62,802 nt of DNA, from the NCBI GenBank assembly GCA_045600525.1, contig JAZRYC010000162.1:1-62802 (forward strand). Direction: 5' to 3'. The stretch is from Bacteroidales bacterium (GTDB lineage: Bacteria > Bacteroidota > Bacteroidia > Bacteroidales > WCHB1-69). The position numbers and the translations under genes are program-made. Below, piece by piece: positions 8,619-16,785 of this stretch. Numbering within the stretch: position 1 is the first letter of the stretch; the number at the start of each line of letters is the position of its first letter. Under the pieces are notes generated by a model that saw only the letters and a program-made list of their open reading frames with translations, did no database searches and had not been told where the DNA came from.

Positions 8619-9434
8619 ATGAAAAAATTAGTCTCATTACTTGCCGTTTTAGGTTTCTTAACCTTCGGTATTGCAAACACGACATTTGCAGCAAATGACG
8701 CAAAAACTGACAAGGCAGCTACCGAGCAGGTTGCTGATTCCGCTCAAGCTGAAGCTCCCGCCGCCGCACAGGCAGAACTCACAGAAGACCCTGATGACGC
8801 TGTCAGCCAAGGTTTACACTATGTTTTGAAAGAAAAATTCATCCAGGGTGGTGCAGTGTGGATGACCCCGGTGCTCATCTGTTTGATTTTAGGTCTTGCT
8901 TTCGTCATCGAACGTATATTCTATCTGAACCTTTCCTCTGTTAATTCCAAGAAATTATTGGATAAGGTTGAAGATGCTCTTAAAACCGGTGGTGTAGAAA
9001 AAGCTAAAGATCTCTGCCGCGACACAAAAGGACCTCTTGCCGCTGTATTCTATCAAGGTCTCGACCGCTATGACGAAGGCCTCGAATCAGTAGAAAAATC
9101 CGTTGTCTCCTATGGTGGCGTTCAAATGGCTAAACTTGAAACGAACCTTACTTGGATCAACCTTTTCATCGCCCTTTCTCCTTCCTTGGGATTCTTGGGT
9201 ACGGTCATCGGTATGGTACAGGCATTCGACGATATCGAGCGCGCAGGTGATATCTCTCCGACCATCGTCGCTGGTGGTATGAAAGTGGCTTTGTTGACCA
9301 CCGTCTTCGGTTTGATCTCCGCTATGATCCTCCAAGTGTTCTACAACTATCTGCTTACTAAAGTGGACAGCATCGTGAACGATATGGAAGATGCTACGAT
9401 CTCCTTCATGGATATCTTAGTGAAAAACAAATAA
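8619..9434 (+). CDS. exbB: MotA/TolQ/ExbB proton-channel family protein
   Basis: Signal peptide and an Ala/Glu-rich extension, then three TM segments and the conserved ...PSLGFLGTVIGMVQAF... block. Confidence 0.85.
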   Translation: MKKLVSLLAVLGFLTFGIANTTFAANDAKTDKAATEQVADSAQAEAPAAAQAELTEDPDDAVSQGLHYVLKEKFIQGGAVWMTPVLICLILGLAFVIERIFYLNLSSVNSKKLLDKVEDALKTGGVEKAKDLCRDTKGPLAAVFYQGLDRYDEGLESVEKSVVSYGGVQMAKLETNLTWINLFIALSPSLGFLGTVIGMVQAFDDIERAGDISPTIVAGGMKVALLTTVFGLISAMILQVFYNYLLTKVDSIVNDMEDATISFMDILVKNK

Positions 9435-9474
9435 TTTAAAATAGTTACTATATTATTATAAATACCATATAATA

Positions 9475-10422
9475 ATGAAGGATAAAATCGTAAAATTCAT
9501 AATATTTGCAGTTGCGATTCTGGACTGTATCCTCGCACTCGTATTTGCCTTTGGCTTCAACGAGGATAAGAAGGATAACTTCTCCCAGACTCAACTTATC
9601 AAAGCACATAATTCAGCCATGCTGAATGACTTTGAAACTGCAACCCCTGAAAATCTTCCCAAAGTGGTCGCCACTTATCAGGAAACCCTTAAAAATTATG
9701 GCGATTCCCTTAAAGACGTTCAATTGCAAAAGGATATTCTCTATACTTATCTGCAGGATTTGAAAGGTCTAAACGACAAGAACTTTGAACAATACAAAGC
9801 TGATTTTTCTGCTCGCGCAACGGCCCTTTTCGCAAAGTGCGACAATAAACAGGCTTATGTAGATGGATTCAAAGGCGTACAATCTTATAAGGATTTGGAA
9901 GCCTATGTCTCTAAAATCGATGACGAGTATGCTGCCTGCAAACAGAGCTATCTTACCGAGCGTAATTATCTCAAGGCCGCTAACTCTCTCGTTTCACGTG
10001 CTGATCAGATCAACGCAACAGCTTCCGCTAATAAGAAGGCTACTGATCTTGAAGAAATGCAGAACGACCTCAAGAGCTTTAACAAGAGCGCTGGTCTTCA
10101 GAATGCCTTCATCGTGATTGCCTATATTCTTGGCGCCGTCACCTTGTTGCTCATGCTCTTCTTCGCCCTCATCAAGATTGTGAAGAACTTCAAGTCTTCT
10201 TATAAGATACTTGTTGTATTGGCTCTCTTCGTCCTCATCGTATTCATCGGATACGCTGTCGGTTCCTCTGAATTGACCCCGTCCGCTATCAAGGATGGAA
10301 TGTCAGTCTCTACGTTCAAGATGGTTAATGCCGCTTGCTTCACACTGTATATTTGTTTGTTGTGCGCAATCTTGTCTATTGTTGTGACAGGTATTATCAG
10401 CGCCATTAAAAATAGAAAATAA
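9475..10422 (+). CDS. membrane protein of unknown function embedded in the exbB/exbD cluster
   Basis: 315 aa: an N-terminal TM segment, a roughly 180-aa coiled or helical soluble region, then three C-terminal TM segments. Tightly spaced with its neighbours. Confidence 0.6.
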   Translation: MKDKIVKFIIFAVAILDCILALVFAFGFNEDKKDNFSQTQLIKAHNSAMLNDFETATPENLPKVVATYQETLKNYGDSLKDVQLQKDILYTYLQDLKGLNDKNFEQYKADFSARATALFAKCDNKQAYVDGFKGVQSYKDLEAYVSKIDDEYAACKQSYLTERNYLKAANSLVSRADQINATASANKKATDLEEMQNDLKSFNKSAGLQNAFIVIAYILGAVTLLLMLFFALIKIVKNFKSSYKILVVLALFVLIVFIGYAVGSSELTPSAIKDGMSVSTFKMVNAACFTLYICLLCAILSIVVTGIISAIKNRK

Positions 10423-10423
10423 A

Positions 10424-11017
10424 ATGGCAAAAAGAAAAACACCAGGATTAAATACAGGCTCAATGTCAGATATTTCCTTTCTGTTGTTGACCTTCTTCTT
10501 GTTGACTTCTTCCATCAATACCGAACAGGGTATTCCTCGTAAGCTTCCGCCCCCAAAGACGGATGACACCCCGGAAATGAAAGCCGACATCAACAGACGT
10601 AACGTTTTGAACGTGTTGGTGAACTTCCGCGACGAAATCTCTGTCAATGGCGAAGTGATGATGATTTCCGAATTGAAGGACAAGGCCAAGGAGTTTTTCT
10701 CAAACCCTTCCAACGACCCTTCTCTTCCTGAAAAAGTCAGTAAACCCATTGAAGGTATTGGCGACTTTGCCGTATCCAAGGGCGTGGTCTCTCTGACCAA
10801 CGACCAGGGTACCAGCTATAATATGTATGTGCAGGTGCAGAACGAACTTCAACGCGCGGTAAACGAATTGCGTGACGAGGCTTCCCTCCAATATTTTGGA
10901 AAGAAATACACCGCACTTGATTCCGCTTCCCAAAGAGCCATCTCCCAGGCTATTCCTATGAGTATTTCCGAAGCTCCCCCAATGGACTATAGTAAAACTG
11001 GCGCTGCTGCTAATTAA
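10424..11017 (+). CDS. exbD: biopolymer transporter ExbD/TolR family
   Basis: N-terminal ...LNTGSMSDISFLLLTFFLLTSS TM signature. Confidence 0.8.
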   Translation: MAKRKTPGLNTGSMSDISFLLLTFFLLTSSINTEQGIPRKLPPPKTDDTPEMKADINRRNVLNVLVNFRDEISVNGEVMMISELKDKAKEFFSNPSNDPSLPEKVSKPIEGIGDFAVSKGVVSLTNDQGTSYNMYVQVQNELQRAVNELRDEASLQYFGKKYTALDSASQRAISQAIPMSISEAPPMDYSKTGAAAN

Positions 11018-11035
11018 TTTTAAATTTTCTTAGTT

Positions 11036-11518
11036 ATGTCAAGATTTAAAAAGCAAGGAAGTAAAGAGACCCCCGAACTGAACATGGGATCTATGTCCGA
11101 CATTATCTTCATGTTCCTGTTCTTCTTCATGGTGATTACCACGATGCGTGAGGCCTCTCTGAAAGTGAAATTCCAACCGCCACAAGCTACGGAAATTCAA
11201 AAGCTTGAAAAGAAATCCCTCGTGGCCAACATCTACGTGGGTGCTCCTATCAGCAAAAATGAAAATACTCTCCCACCCGGTGAAGTTTCTGTTCAGTTGA
11301 ACGACCAAACCATCAAGGCTGAAGAATTGGTCGCTGATGTTCGTGATTTCATCGGTACCGAGAAGGAATCACGCGATGCTCAGGATCGTGATAAGCTGAC
11401 CTTCTCCTTGAAAGTGGATAAAGATGTTCAGATGCGTTACGTGAATACGATCAAACAGGAATTGCGTAAAAACAACGCACTGAAAATCAATTACGCAGCA
11501 GGTAAACGTGCAAATTAG
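11036..11518 (+). CDS. exbD: biopolymer transporter ExbD/TolR family (second copy)
   Basis: N-terminal ...LNMGSMSDIIFMFLFFFMVITT signature. Confidence 0.8.
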   Translation: MSRFKKQGSKETPELNMGSMSDIIFMFLFFFMVITTMREASLKVKFQPPQATEIQKLEKKSLVANIYVGAPISKNENTLPPGEVSVQLNDQTIKAEELVADVRDFIGTEKESRDAQDRDKLTFSLKVDKDVQMRYVNTIKQELRKNNALKINYAAGKRAN

Positions 11519-11540
11519 TACTTGCTGGTATATCAAATCA

Positions 11541-11570
11541 AAGGGCGGATCTTGGATCTGCCCTTTTTTT
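11541..11570 (+). terminator. terminator after the exbD cluster
   Basis: aagggcggatc ttg gatctgccctt followed by T7. Confidence 0.7.
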
Positions 11571-11571
11571 G

Positions 11572-11579
11572 TATTTTTG
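11572..11579 (+). promoter_or_regulatory. -7 box TATTTTTG upstream of the YicC-family gene
   Basis: Exact TAnnTTTG followed by C, about 22 nt upstream of the ATG at 11602. Confidence 0.45.
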
Positions 11580-11601
11580 CAGGCTTTAAAAACAATAGAT
11601 T

Positions 11602-12474
11602 ATGATTAAGTCAATGACTGGCTTTGGCCGTACACAGGTCGAGGTAACCGGTAAAAATGTCACCGTTGAAATTCGTACCCTGAATAGCAAGCAATTAGAT
11701 CTCAATACTCGCATTGCTTCCCTTTTTCGAAATAATGAAAACGAAATTCGCACGATTGTTTCCCGTGAATTGGAAAGAGGTAAGATTGACTTCAATCTCT
11801 CCATTGAAAAAAACGCCGTTTCCACGGTGTCGATAGATTCCGCTCTGGCTAAATCATACTTTGAAGCGCTCTCTAATCTTTCGAAGGAACTCGGCAATCC
11901 AGTGAATAGTGATATTTTCATGCAGGTACTTCGCATGCCGGACGTGCTTTCCACTCCTCAGGAAGAACTTTCTGACGAACTCTGGAGCGCCGTTCGCGAT
12001 GCTATTGAGGAAACTTGCCGGAAAGTCAATGACTTCCGTGAAACAGAAGGTGCCGTTTTAGCGCAGGACTTTAAAAAGCGCATTCTCTTGATTCGCGATA
12101 TGATTGACGAAGTAACCCCGTTTGAGGAAAACAGAATTGTGACGTTGCGTGCCAAATTTGAAAAAGCCCTTTCCGAATTGGCCACGAAGACGCAGTATGA
12201 CCCTTCCAGATTGGAGCAGGAAATATTCTATTACATTGAGAAATTGGATATTACAGAAGAAAAAGTGCGTCTGCGAAAACACTGCGATTATTTTTTGCAA
12301 ACCATGGAGGAACCTCAGGCCAATGGCAAGAAGTTGGGCTTCATTGTTCAAGAATGCGGACGTGAAATCAATACGATGGGCTCTAAAAGCAACGACTTCA
12401 ATATACAGCAGATCGTTGTCCGCATGAAGGACGAACTTGAAAAGTTGAAGGAACAGCTGGCCAATATCTTGTAA
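11602..12474 (+). CDS. YicC family stress-induced protein
   Basis: MIKSMTGFGR...RTLNSKQLD and the C-terminal REINTMGSKSND motifs. Confidence 0.88.
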   Translation: MIKSMTGFGRTQVEVTGKNVTVEIRTLNSKQLDLNTRIASLFRNNENEIRTIVSRELERGKIDFNLSIEKNAVSTVSIDSALAKSYFEALSNLSKELGNPVNSDIFMQVLRMPDVLSTPQEELSDELWSAVRDAIEETCRKVNDFRETEGAVLAQDFKKRILLIRDMIDEVTPFEENRIVTLRAKFEKALSELATKTQYDPSRLEQEIFYYIEKLDITEEKVRLRKHCDYFLQTMEEPQANGKKLGFIVQECGREINTMGSKSNDFNIQQIVVRMKDELEKLKEQLANIL

Positions 12475-12546
12475 TCAGTGAACAGCGAGGTGAAGTTAAG
12501 AAACCATCTCTTAGGCCTGAAACTTGAAACCTGAAACTTGAAACTT
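12475..12546 (-). repeat. composite heptamer-array intergenic element, inverted copy
   Basis: The reverse complement reads (GTTTCAA/GTTTCAG)x2 ... GTTTCTTAACT ... TGTTCACTG, the same block order as 16625..16751. Confidence 0.7.
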
Positions 12547-13851
12547 ATGTCAAATATACTTTCTCTTATAGGCAGACCCAATGTAGGAAAGTCCACATTG
12601 TTCAATAGATTGATAAAGGCGCGGGAAGCCATTGTGGATTCCGTTGCCGGCGTCACCCGTGACCGCCATTACGGCAAGTCTGATTGGAACGGCTACGAGT
12701 TTTCCGTTATTGACACGGGTGGCTATGTGGTCGGCTCCGATGATATTTTTGAGGCTGAAATCCGTAAGCAGGCAGCTTTGGCCATAGATGAATCCGATGT
12801 CATTGTGCTGATGGTCGATGGTAGGGAAGGACTTACTCCTTTGGATGAGGAAATCGCACAAATCCTCCGTCGCTCGAAGAAACCCTACTATCTGGCAGTG
12901 AATAAGATTGACAGCCCTAGTAATTTCTTTGACTATGCGGAGTTCTATGCCCTCGGTGTGGATCAGATATTTCCGATTTCTGCTGCGTCTGGCGGTGGAA
13001 CCGGCGAGTTGCTGGATGAAGTGGTGAAGCATTTTTCCAAGGATAAGGATAATCTTCCGGATGATTTGCCGAGAATTGCCATTGTGGGTAAGCCGAATGT
13101 GGGCAAATCCTCTATTATCAATGCCTTTTTGGGCGAAGACAGACACATTGTAACGCCCTTGGCGGGAACTACGCGCGACACAATTTTTACCCGCTACCGC
13201 AGCTTTGGTTTCGACTTCTATCTGATTGACACGGCTGGACTTAGAAAGAAACGTAAAGTTGAGGAGGATCTCGAGTTCTATTCGGTGATGCGTGCCGTGC
13301 GTTCCATTGAGAATGCGGATGTCTGCATTGTCATGGCGGATGCCTCTCAGGGCTTTGACCAACAGGATCTTAATATTTTTGGTTTGGCCGCACGCAACCA
13401 CAAAGGCGTGGTCGTGGTCATGAATAAGTGGGATCTTATTGAAAAGGACAATCACACGCACAAACAGTATGAAGACCTTATTAGGAATCGTATTGCACCT
13501 TTTAACGATGTGCCCATTATTTTCACTTCTGTGTTAGAGAAGCAGAGGATTTTCAAAGTGCTGGAAACGGCTGTCCAGGTTTATCAAAATCGTACGCGAC
13601 GCATTTCCACATCCGAACTCAACGATGCCTTGTTGCCCATCATCCAGCAGACACCTCCCCCTATGAACAAGGATAAGGTTATCCGCATTAAGTATGTAAC
13701 GCAGTTGCCGTTGGCTTATCCCGCCTTTGCGTTTTTCTGCAATTTGCCACAATATGTAGTGGATTCATATAAGCGTTTTCTTGAAAATCAAATACGTAAG
13801 ATATGGGATTTCTCAGGCGTGCCAATGGAAATCTATTTTAGAAGGAAATAA
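12547..13851 (+). CDS. der: ribosome biogenesis GTPase Der (EngA)
   Basis: Two tandem G-domains (GRPNVGKST and GKPNVGKSS) plus a KH-like C-terminus. The ORF-track TTG start at 12538 is trimmed to the ATG at 12547. Confidence 0.94.
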   Translation: MSNILSLIGRPNVGKSTLFNRLIKAREAIVDSVAGVTRDRHYGKSDWNGYEFSVIDTGGYVVGSDDIFEAEIRKQAALAIDESDVIVLMVDGREGLTPLDEEIAQILRRSKKPYYLAVNKIDSPSNFFDYAEFYALGVDQIFPISAASGGGTGELLDEVVKHFSKDKDNLPDDLPRIAIVGKPNVGKSSIINAFLGEDRHIVTPLAGTTRDTIFTRYRSFGFDFYLIDTAGLRKKRKVEEDLEFYSVMRAVRSIENADVCIVMADASQGFDQQDLNIFGLAARNHKGVVVVMNKWDLIEKDNHTHKQYEDLIRNRIAPFNDVPIIFTSVLEKQRIFKVLETAVQVYQNRTRRISTSELNDALLPIIQQTPPPMNKDKVIRIKYVTQLPLAYPAFAFFCNLPQYVVDSYKRFLENQIRKIWDFSGVPMEIYFRRK

Positions 13852-13852
13852 T

Positions 13853-13882
13853 AAAAAAGAGTCGCTTTAGCGACTCTTTTTT
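13853..13882. terminator. bidirectional terminator between der and the LysR gene
   Basis: aaaaagagtcgc ttta gcgactcttttt, with A/T runs on both sides. Confidence 0.7.
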
Positions 13883-13889
13883 CATTCTC

Positions 13890-14816
13890 TCATAAGCGTA
13901 TTGGATATTTTAGAAGATGTTCGTCAATCATCTCTATGGGAATGATGCGTTTGATTCCCTCCGCAATGATATTGAGAATCCGTTCGCGAACGAAGTCCTT
14001 CCGTACGAAGATCGATACGGTTCGCGAGGGCATGGGATTGACAATCGGGCGGATGTGGGCGCGCATACTTTCGCGTAGTAGGTTCACATGGAGCTCGGGA
14101 ATGGCCGTGTAGCCTCCGTTTTCGTCCACAATCATCATAACCGTGCAGATACCGCCTGCCTCGTAAATGGAAGAGTGCTCGTAGTCCAAGTCACAGAGAT
14201 CGGGTGTCTGGCGCTGCAGGCTCACTTCCTCTTTCAAACCCCAAAGATGCTCGCTCGGCATGGTCTGTAAGTCCAAAACTTCTTCTTTGTATAGGGGTGA
14301 CATGGGGGATACGTAGGCAACAAATTTCTCCTGATAGAGAGGGATTTCAAGTAGATCTTCGTCCTCATGTGGGTACGACATGATGGCGAGATCGATCTCA
14401 GCTCGCTTTAGTTTATATAGAATGTGTCCGCGTGTCATTTCATGGGCTCTCACCTTGATATTGGGATAGGTGACGCTCATGAACTTGAATAGCTTCGGCG
14501 TGATATATGGCGCAATGGTCGGACTGATGCTCATGTTCACCTCTCCCGTGTTGCGCTTTTTCTCCGACTGCACCAATTCCTCCAACTGGCGGACATTGTA
14601 CAGGGCTACTTTCGCTTGATCAATGAGTTGCTCACCCATCTGGGTGGGACGGATAGGACGGCTGTTTCGGTCAAAGATGATCACGTCCAGTTCAGATTCC
14701 ATTTTCTGCACCAAGGTGCTGAGGGTGGACTGTGTGACACCACAACTTTCGGCTGCCTGCACGAAGGAGCGATGCTTGTCCACGGCTACAATGTATTCCA
14801 GTTGTTGTAAAGTCAT
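13890..14816 (-). CDS. LysR family transcriptional regulator (OxyR-like N-terminus)
   Basis: From the ATG at 14816: MTLQQLEYIVAVDKHRSFVQAAESCGVTQSTLSTLVQKMESEL... is a LysR HTH, and the protein is 308 aa. The ORF-track upstream extension is rejected. Confidence 0.85.
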   Translation of the reverse strand: MTLQQLEYIVAVDKHRSFVQAAESCGVTQSTLSTLVQKMESELDVIIFDRNSRPIRPTQMGEQLIDQAKVALYNVRQLEELVQSEKKRNTGEVNMSISPTIAPYITPKLFKFMSVTYPNIKVRAHEMTRGHILYKLKRAEIDLAIMSYPHEDEDLLEIPLYQEKFVAYVSPMSPLYKEEVLDLQTMPSEHLWGLKEEVSLQRQTPDLCDLDYEHSSIYEAGGICTVMMIVDENGGYTAIPELHVNLLRESMRAHIRPIVNPMPSRTVSIFVRKDFVRERILNIIAEGIKRIIPIEMIDEHLLKYPIRL

Positions 14817-14889
14817 AGTCTTGTTGTTTATAAGTGAATGATTGGGTTTAGAATGGGTGGCGCACATTCCGGTCCGCCACCCGGGTTAT

Positions 14890-15288
14890 CTATTTGCAAC
14901 GGCATTTCGGACATTCCACATCCGTTTTCCATAGACCGTGAATGTTGCAGTATTCGTACACGGCGATGGGCTTGTCGTTGCATACGCAGATGTCTGCTTC
15001 CGGTTTGTCCTTCAGCCAGACAATCCGCCCGCCATGTTCGGTTTGCAGATAGATGAAGGCAATGTGGTGCTCGGGAAGCATGGGATGTTCCACACTTCCC
15101 ACCTTTACGTGGATGGTGTGTTCGTCCTTCCAAGTCACCACGGGAAGGTGCTTCTCATGATACTCTTCCTGACGATGGGGGATGAGTTCTTCCATTTGTT
15201 CTCCACAACAGGAGACACTGAGGCCGGAGTCAACGGCTTTTACAATGACGTTGCCGCATAGTGCGCAGCGATAAAATTTAGGTTCCAT
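14890..15288 (-). CDS. dfx: desulfoferrodoxin (2Fe superoxide reductase)
   Basis: Centre I CxxC...CC (CALCGN...SCCGE) and centre II ligands (EKHLPV, HPM..EHHI, CNIHGLW). Confidence 0.88.
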   Translation of the reverse strand: MEPKFYRCALCGNVIVKAVDSGLSVSCCGEQMEELIPHRQEEYHEKHLPVVTWKDEHTIHVKVGSVEHPMLPEHHIAFIYLQTEHGGRIVWLKDKPEADICVCNDKPIAVYEYCNIHGLWKTDVECPKCRCK

Positions 15289-15385
15289 TTTGTTTGATTT
15301 TTTTGTTAATAATGTTGATAATTGAAAAAGGGTTTGTTCGTTGATGTTTGATTTTTTTCGATATCGATGATGTGCTTAAGCGGGG

Positions 15386-15393
15386 CAAAAATA
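15386..15393 (-). promoter_or_regulatory. -7 box TATTTTTG upstream of dfx
   Basis: Reverse complement of caaaaata, about 97 nt upstream of the ATG at 15288. Confidence 0.35.
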
Positions 15394-15452
15394 AAATCTT
15401 TTTAATATCTACAAAACATTATTCATTGATTATTGTATTGATGAAATAGATA

Positions 15453-16397
15453 TTATATTTTTTCGGCCTTTATGTCCATGAAAGCGGGTTCGTCGTAGTT
15501 GATTTCCGTGGTAAGCGGGTTGCGTTTGAAGGAGAATATTTTCCAACAATGGTAGGTGAGTACCATGATATTGACTAGGAGTGCGGCAAAGCTGACGGCG
15601 AAGAGGGCTTTGGGGTTGTGTGAGGCATCGACGCTGAAGACGGATTCCTGCACGAAATTAGGCACGCTCATGGTGAACATCATCCAGAGGGCAAGGGTGT
15701 GGGCGCGGTGCTGCAGCCATGCCCCACGTCGGATGAAGAAGGCGGGAATGGTGCAGGAAACCAGTAGTGCGGCGCCCGCGTAGAAGGCGTGATCGGATAC
15801 GCAGTTATAGACGTAGGCGAAGTTCCAGAGGTCGTAGGCGATGATCCACCACCAAAGCATGTCGGGCCAAAGCATGTCGCGGTTGGTATCGCGACTGATG
15901 AAAATGCCCATCCATCCCGAAATGGCCAGAATATTCAGGATGCCTGCAATGCCGTTCATGAGGTTCCAGGGGCCGGAAATCATGACGACGCCGTCAATGA
16001 TCTGTCCCTGGGCGTGCATGGCATAAACCTGAAAATCTCGAATACAGGCTTCCAGAATATTGATAGATAAGATAATGGGTGGAAAGAGCAGGGCATACTT
16101 GTTAGCACTGAGCTTGGGATTATATCGAATCAACATAAAACCCACACAGCCAATGAGGGCGGAATAGACTTTCACCCAGTGAAACCAAGTGCCCGTACTG
16201 GATCCCGAGCCCGGCGTCGCCGTATGGGGCAGCCATAGGGCAAAGGTGAGAATGAGCGGAAGAATAATGAAAAACAAAACGGCCAGGTCCTTGAACCGAC
16301 GAGTGATTTCGTTGAGGAAGATAAGTCCCAGCGTGACGCCGCACCACATTAACAAATTGTACAACGTCAATCCGTGAAATAGAAAACCATTGAACAT
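15453..16397 (-). CDS. multi-pass membrane protein of unknown function
   Basis: 314 aa with about 8 hydrophobic segments and Trp-rich loops; no family recognised. Confidence 0.65.
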   Translation of the reverse strand: MFNGFLFHGLTLYNLLMWCGVTLGLIFLNEITRRFKDLAVLFFIILPLILTFALWLPHTATPGSGSSTGTWFHWVKVYSALIGCVGFMLIRYNPKLSANKYALLFPPIILSINILEACIRDFQVYAMHAQGQIIDGVVMISGPWNLMNGIAGILNILAISGWMGIFISRDTNRDMLWPDMLWWWIIAYDLWNFAYVYNCVSDHAFYAGAALLVSCTIPAFFIRRGAWLQHRAHTLALWMMFTMSVPNFVQESVFSVDASHNPKALFAVSFAALLVNIMVLTYHCWKIFSFKRNPLTTEINYDEPAFMDIKAEKI

Positions 16398-16441
16398 AAC
16401 TTTGATTTTTAAGATGGAACATTGTGTTTGATTTGACGCCG

Positions 16442-16449
16442 CAAAAATA
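16442..16449 (-). promoter_or_regulatory. -7 box TATTTTTG for the membrane protein gene
   Basis: Reverse complement of caaaaata, about 44 nt upstream of the ATG at 16397. Confidence 0.4.
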
Positions 16450-16624
16450 TAATGGCCGCAATATCGTCAATACCTAATTTGATGATGCACATATTGAATT
16501 TGTCAATAAATGGGAGAAAGGACGTGTTAGGGTTTCAGGTTTATTCACTTCGTTCATATTCTCCTTGCAGCTCAGCAAAGCCAAACAAGTTGTGTCTTTG
16601 CTTTCGCTTGCTGCGTCGAAGCAA

Positions 16625-16751
16625 GTTTCAGGTTTCAAGAAGCGCCTCCGGAATATCTTAATTTCATTAACCCTTAACCCTTAACCCTTAACCCTTAACT
16701 TCTTAATGTCTTCGTTTCTTAACTCCTTTCTGTTCACTGCTCACAGTTCAC
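16625..16751 (+). repeat. composite heptamer-array intergenic element, forward copy
   Basis: GTTTCAG-GTTTCAA, then TTAACCC x4, then GTTTCTTAACT, then TGTTCAC-TGCTCAC-AGTTCAC. The blocks are shared with 12475..12546 in inverted order. Confidence 0.7.
16668..16701 (+). repeat. tandem heptamer TTAACCC x4 plus a degenerate fifth unit
   Basis: Read directly: ttaaccc ttaaccc ttaaccc ttaaccc ttaact. Confidence 0.9.
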
Positions 16752-16759
16752 TAATTTTG

Positions 16760-16767
16760 TACTTTTG
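16760..16767 (+). promoter_or_regulatory. -7 box TACTTTTG upstream of the 5-FCL gene
   Basis: Exact TAnnTTTG followed by C, only about 18 nt upstream of the ATG at 16786, so the leader would be very short. Confidence 0.4.
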
Positions 16768-16785
16768 CATCCTAAATTTGAAGCA

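Noticed and set aside
12550-13461. 303-aa minus-strand ORF
   Set aside because: It is antisense to der, whose two GTPase domains are unambiguous.
16668-16701. TTAACCC repeat as a true telomere or as eukaryotic contamination
   Set aside because: It is flanked on both sides by contiguous bacterial genes and shares blocks with another bacterial intergenic element, so I treat it as a native intergenic repeat. The contamination check is still listed as a control.
16525-16755. Heptamer arrays as a CRISPR array
   Set aside because: The units are 7 nt with no spacers, no 25-40-nt repeats, no leader, and no cas genes anywhere in the window.
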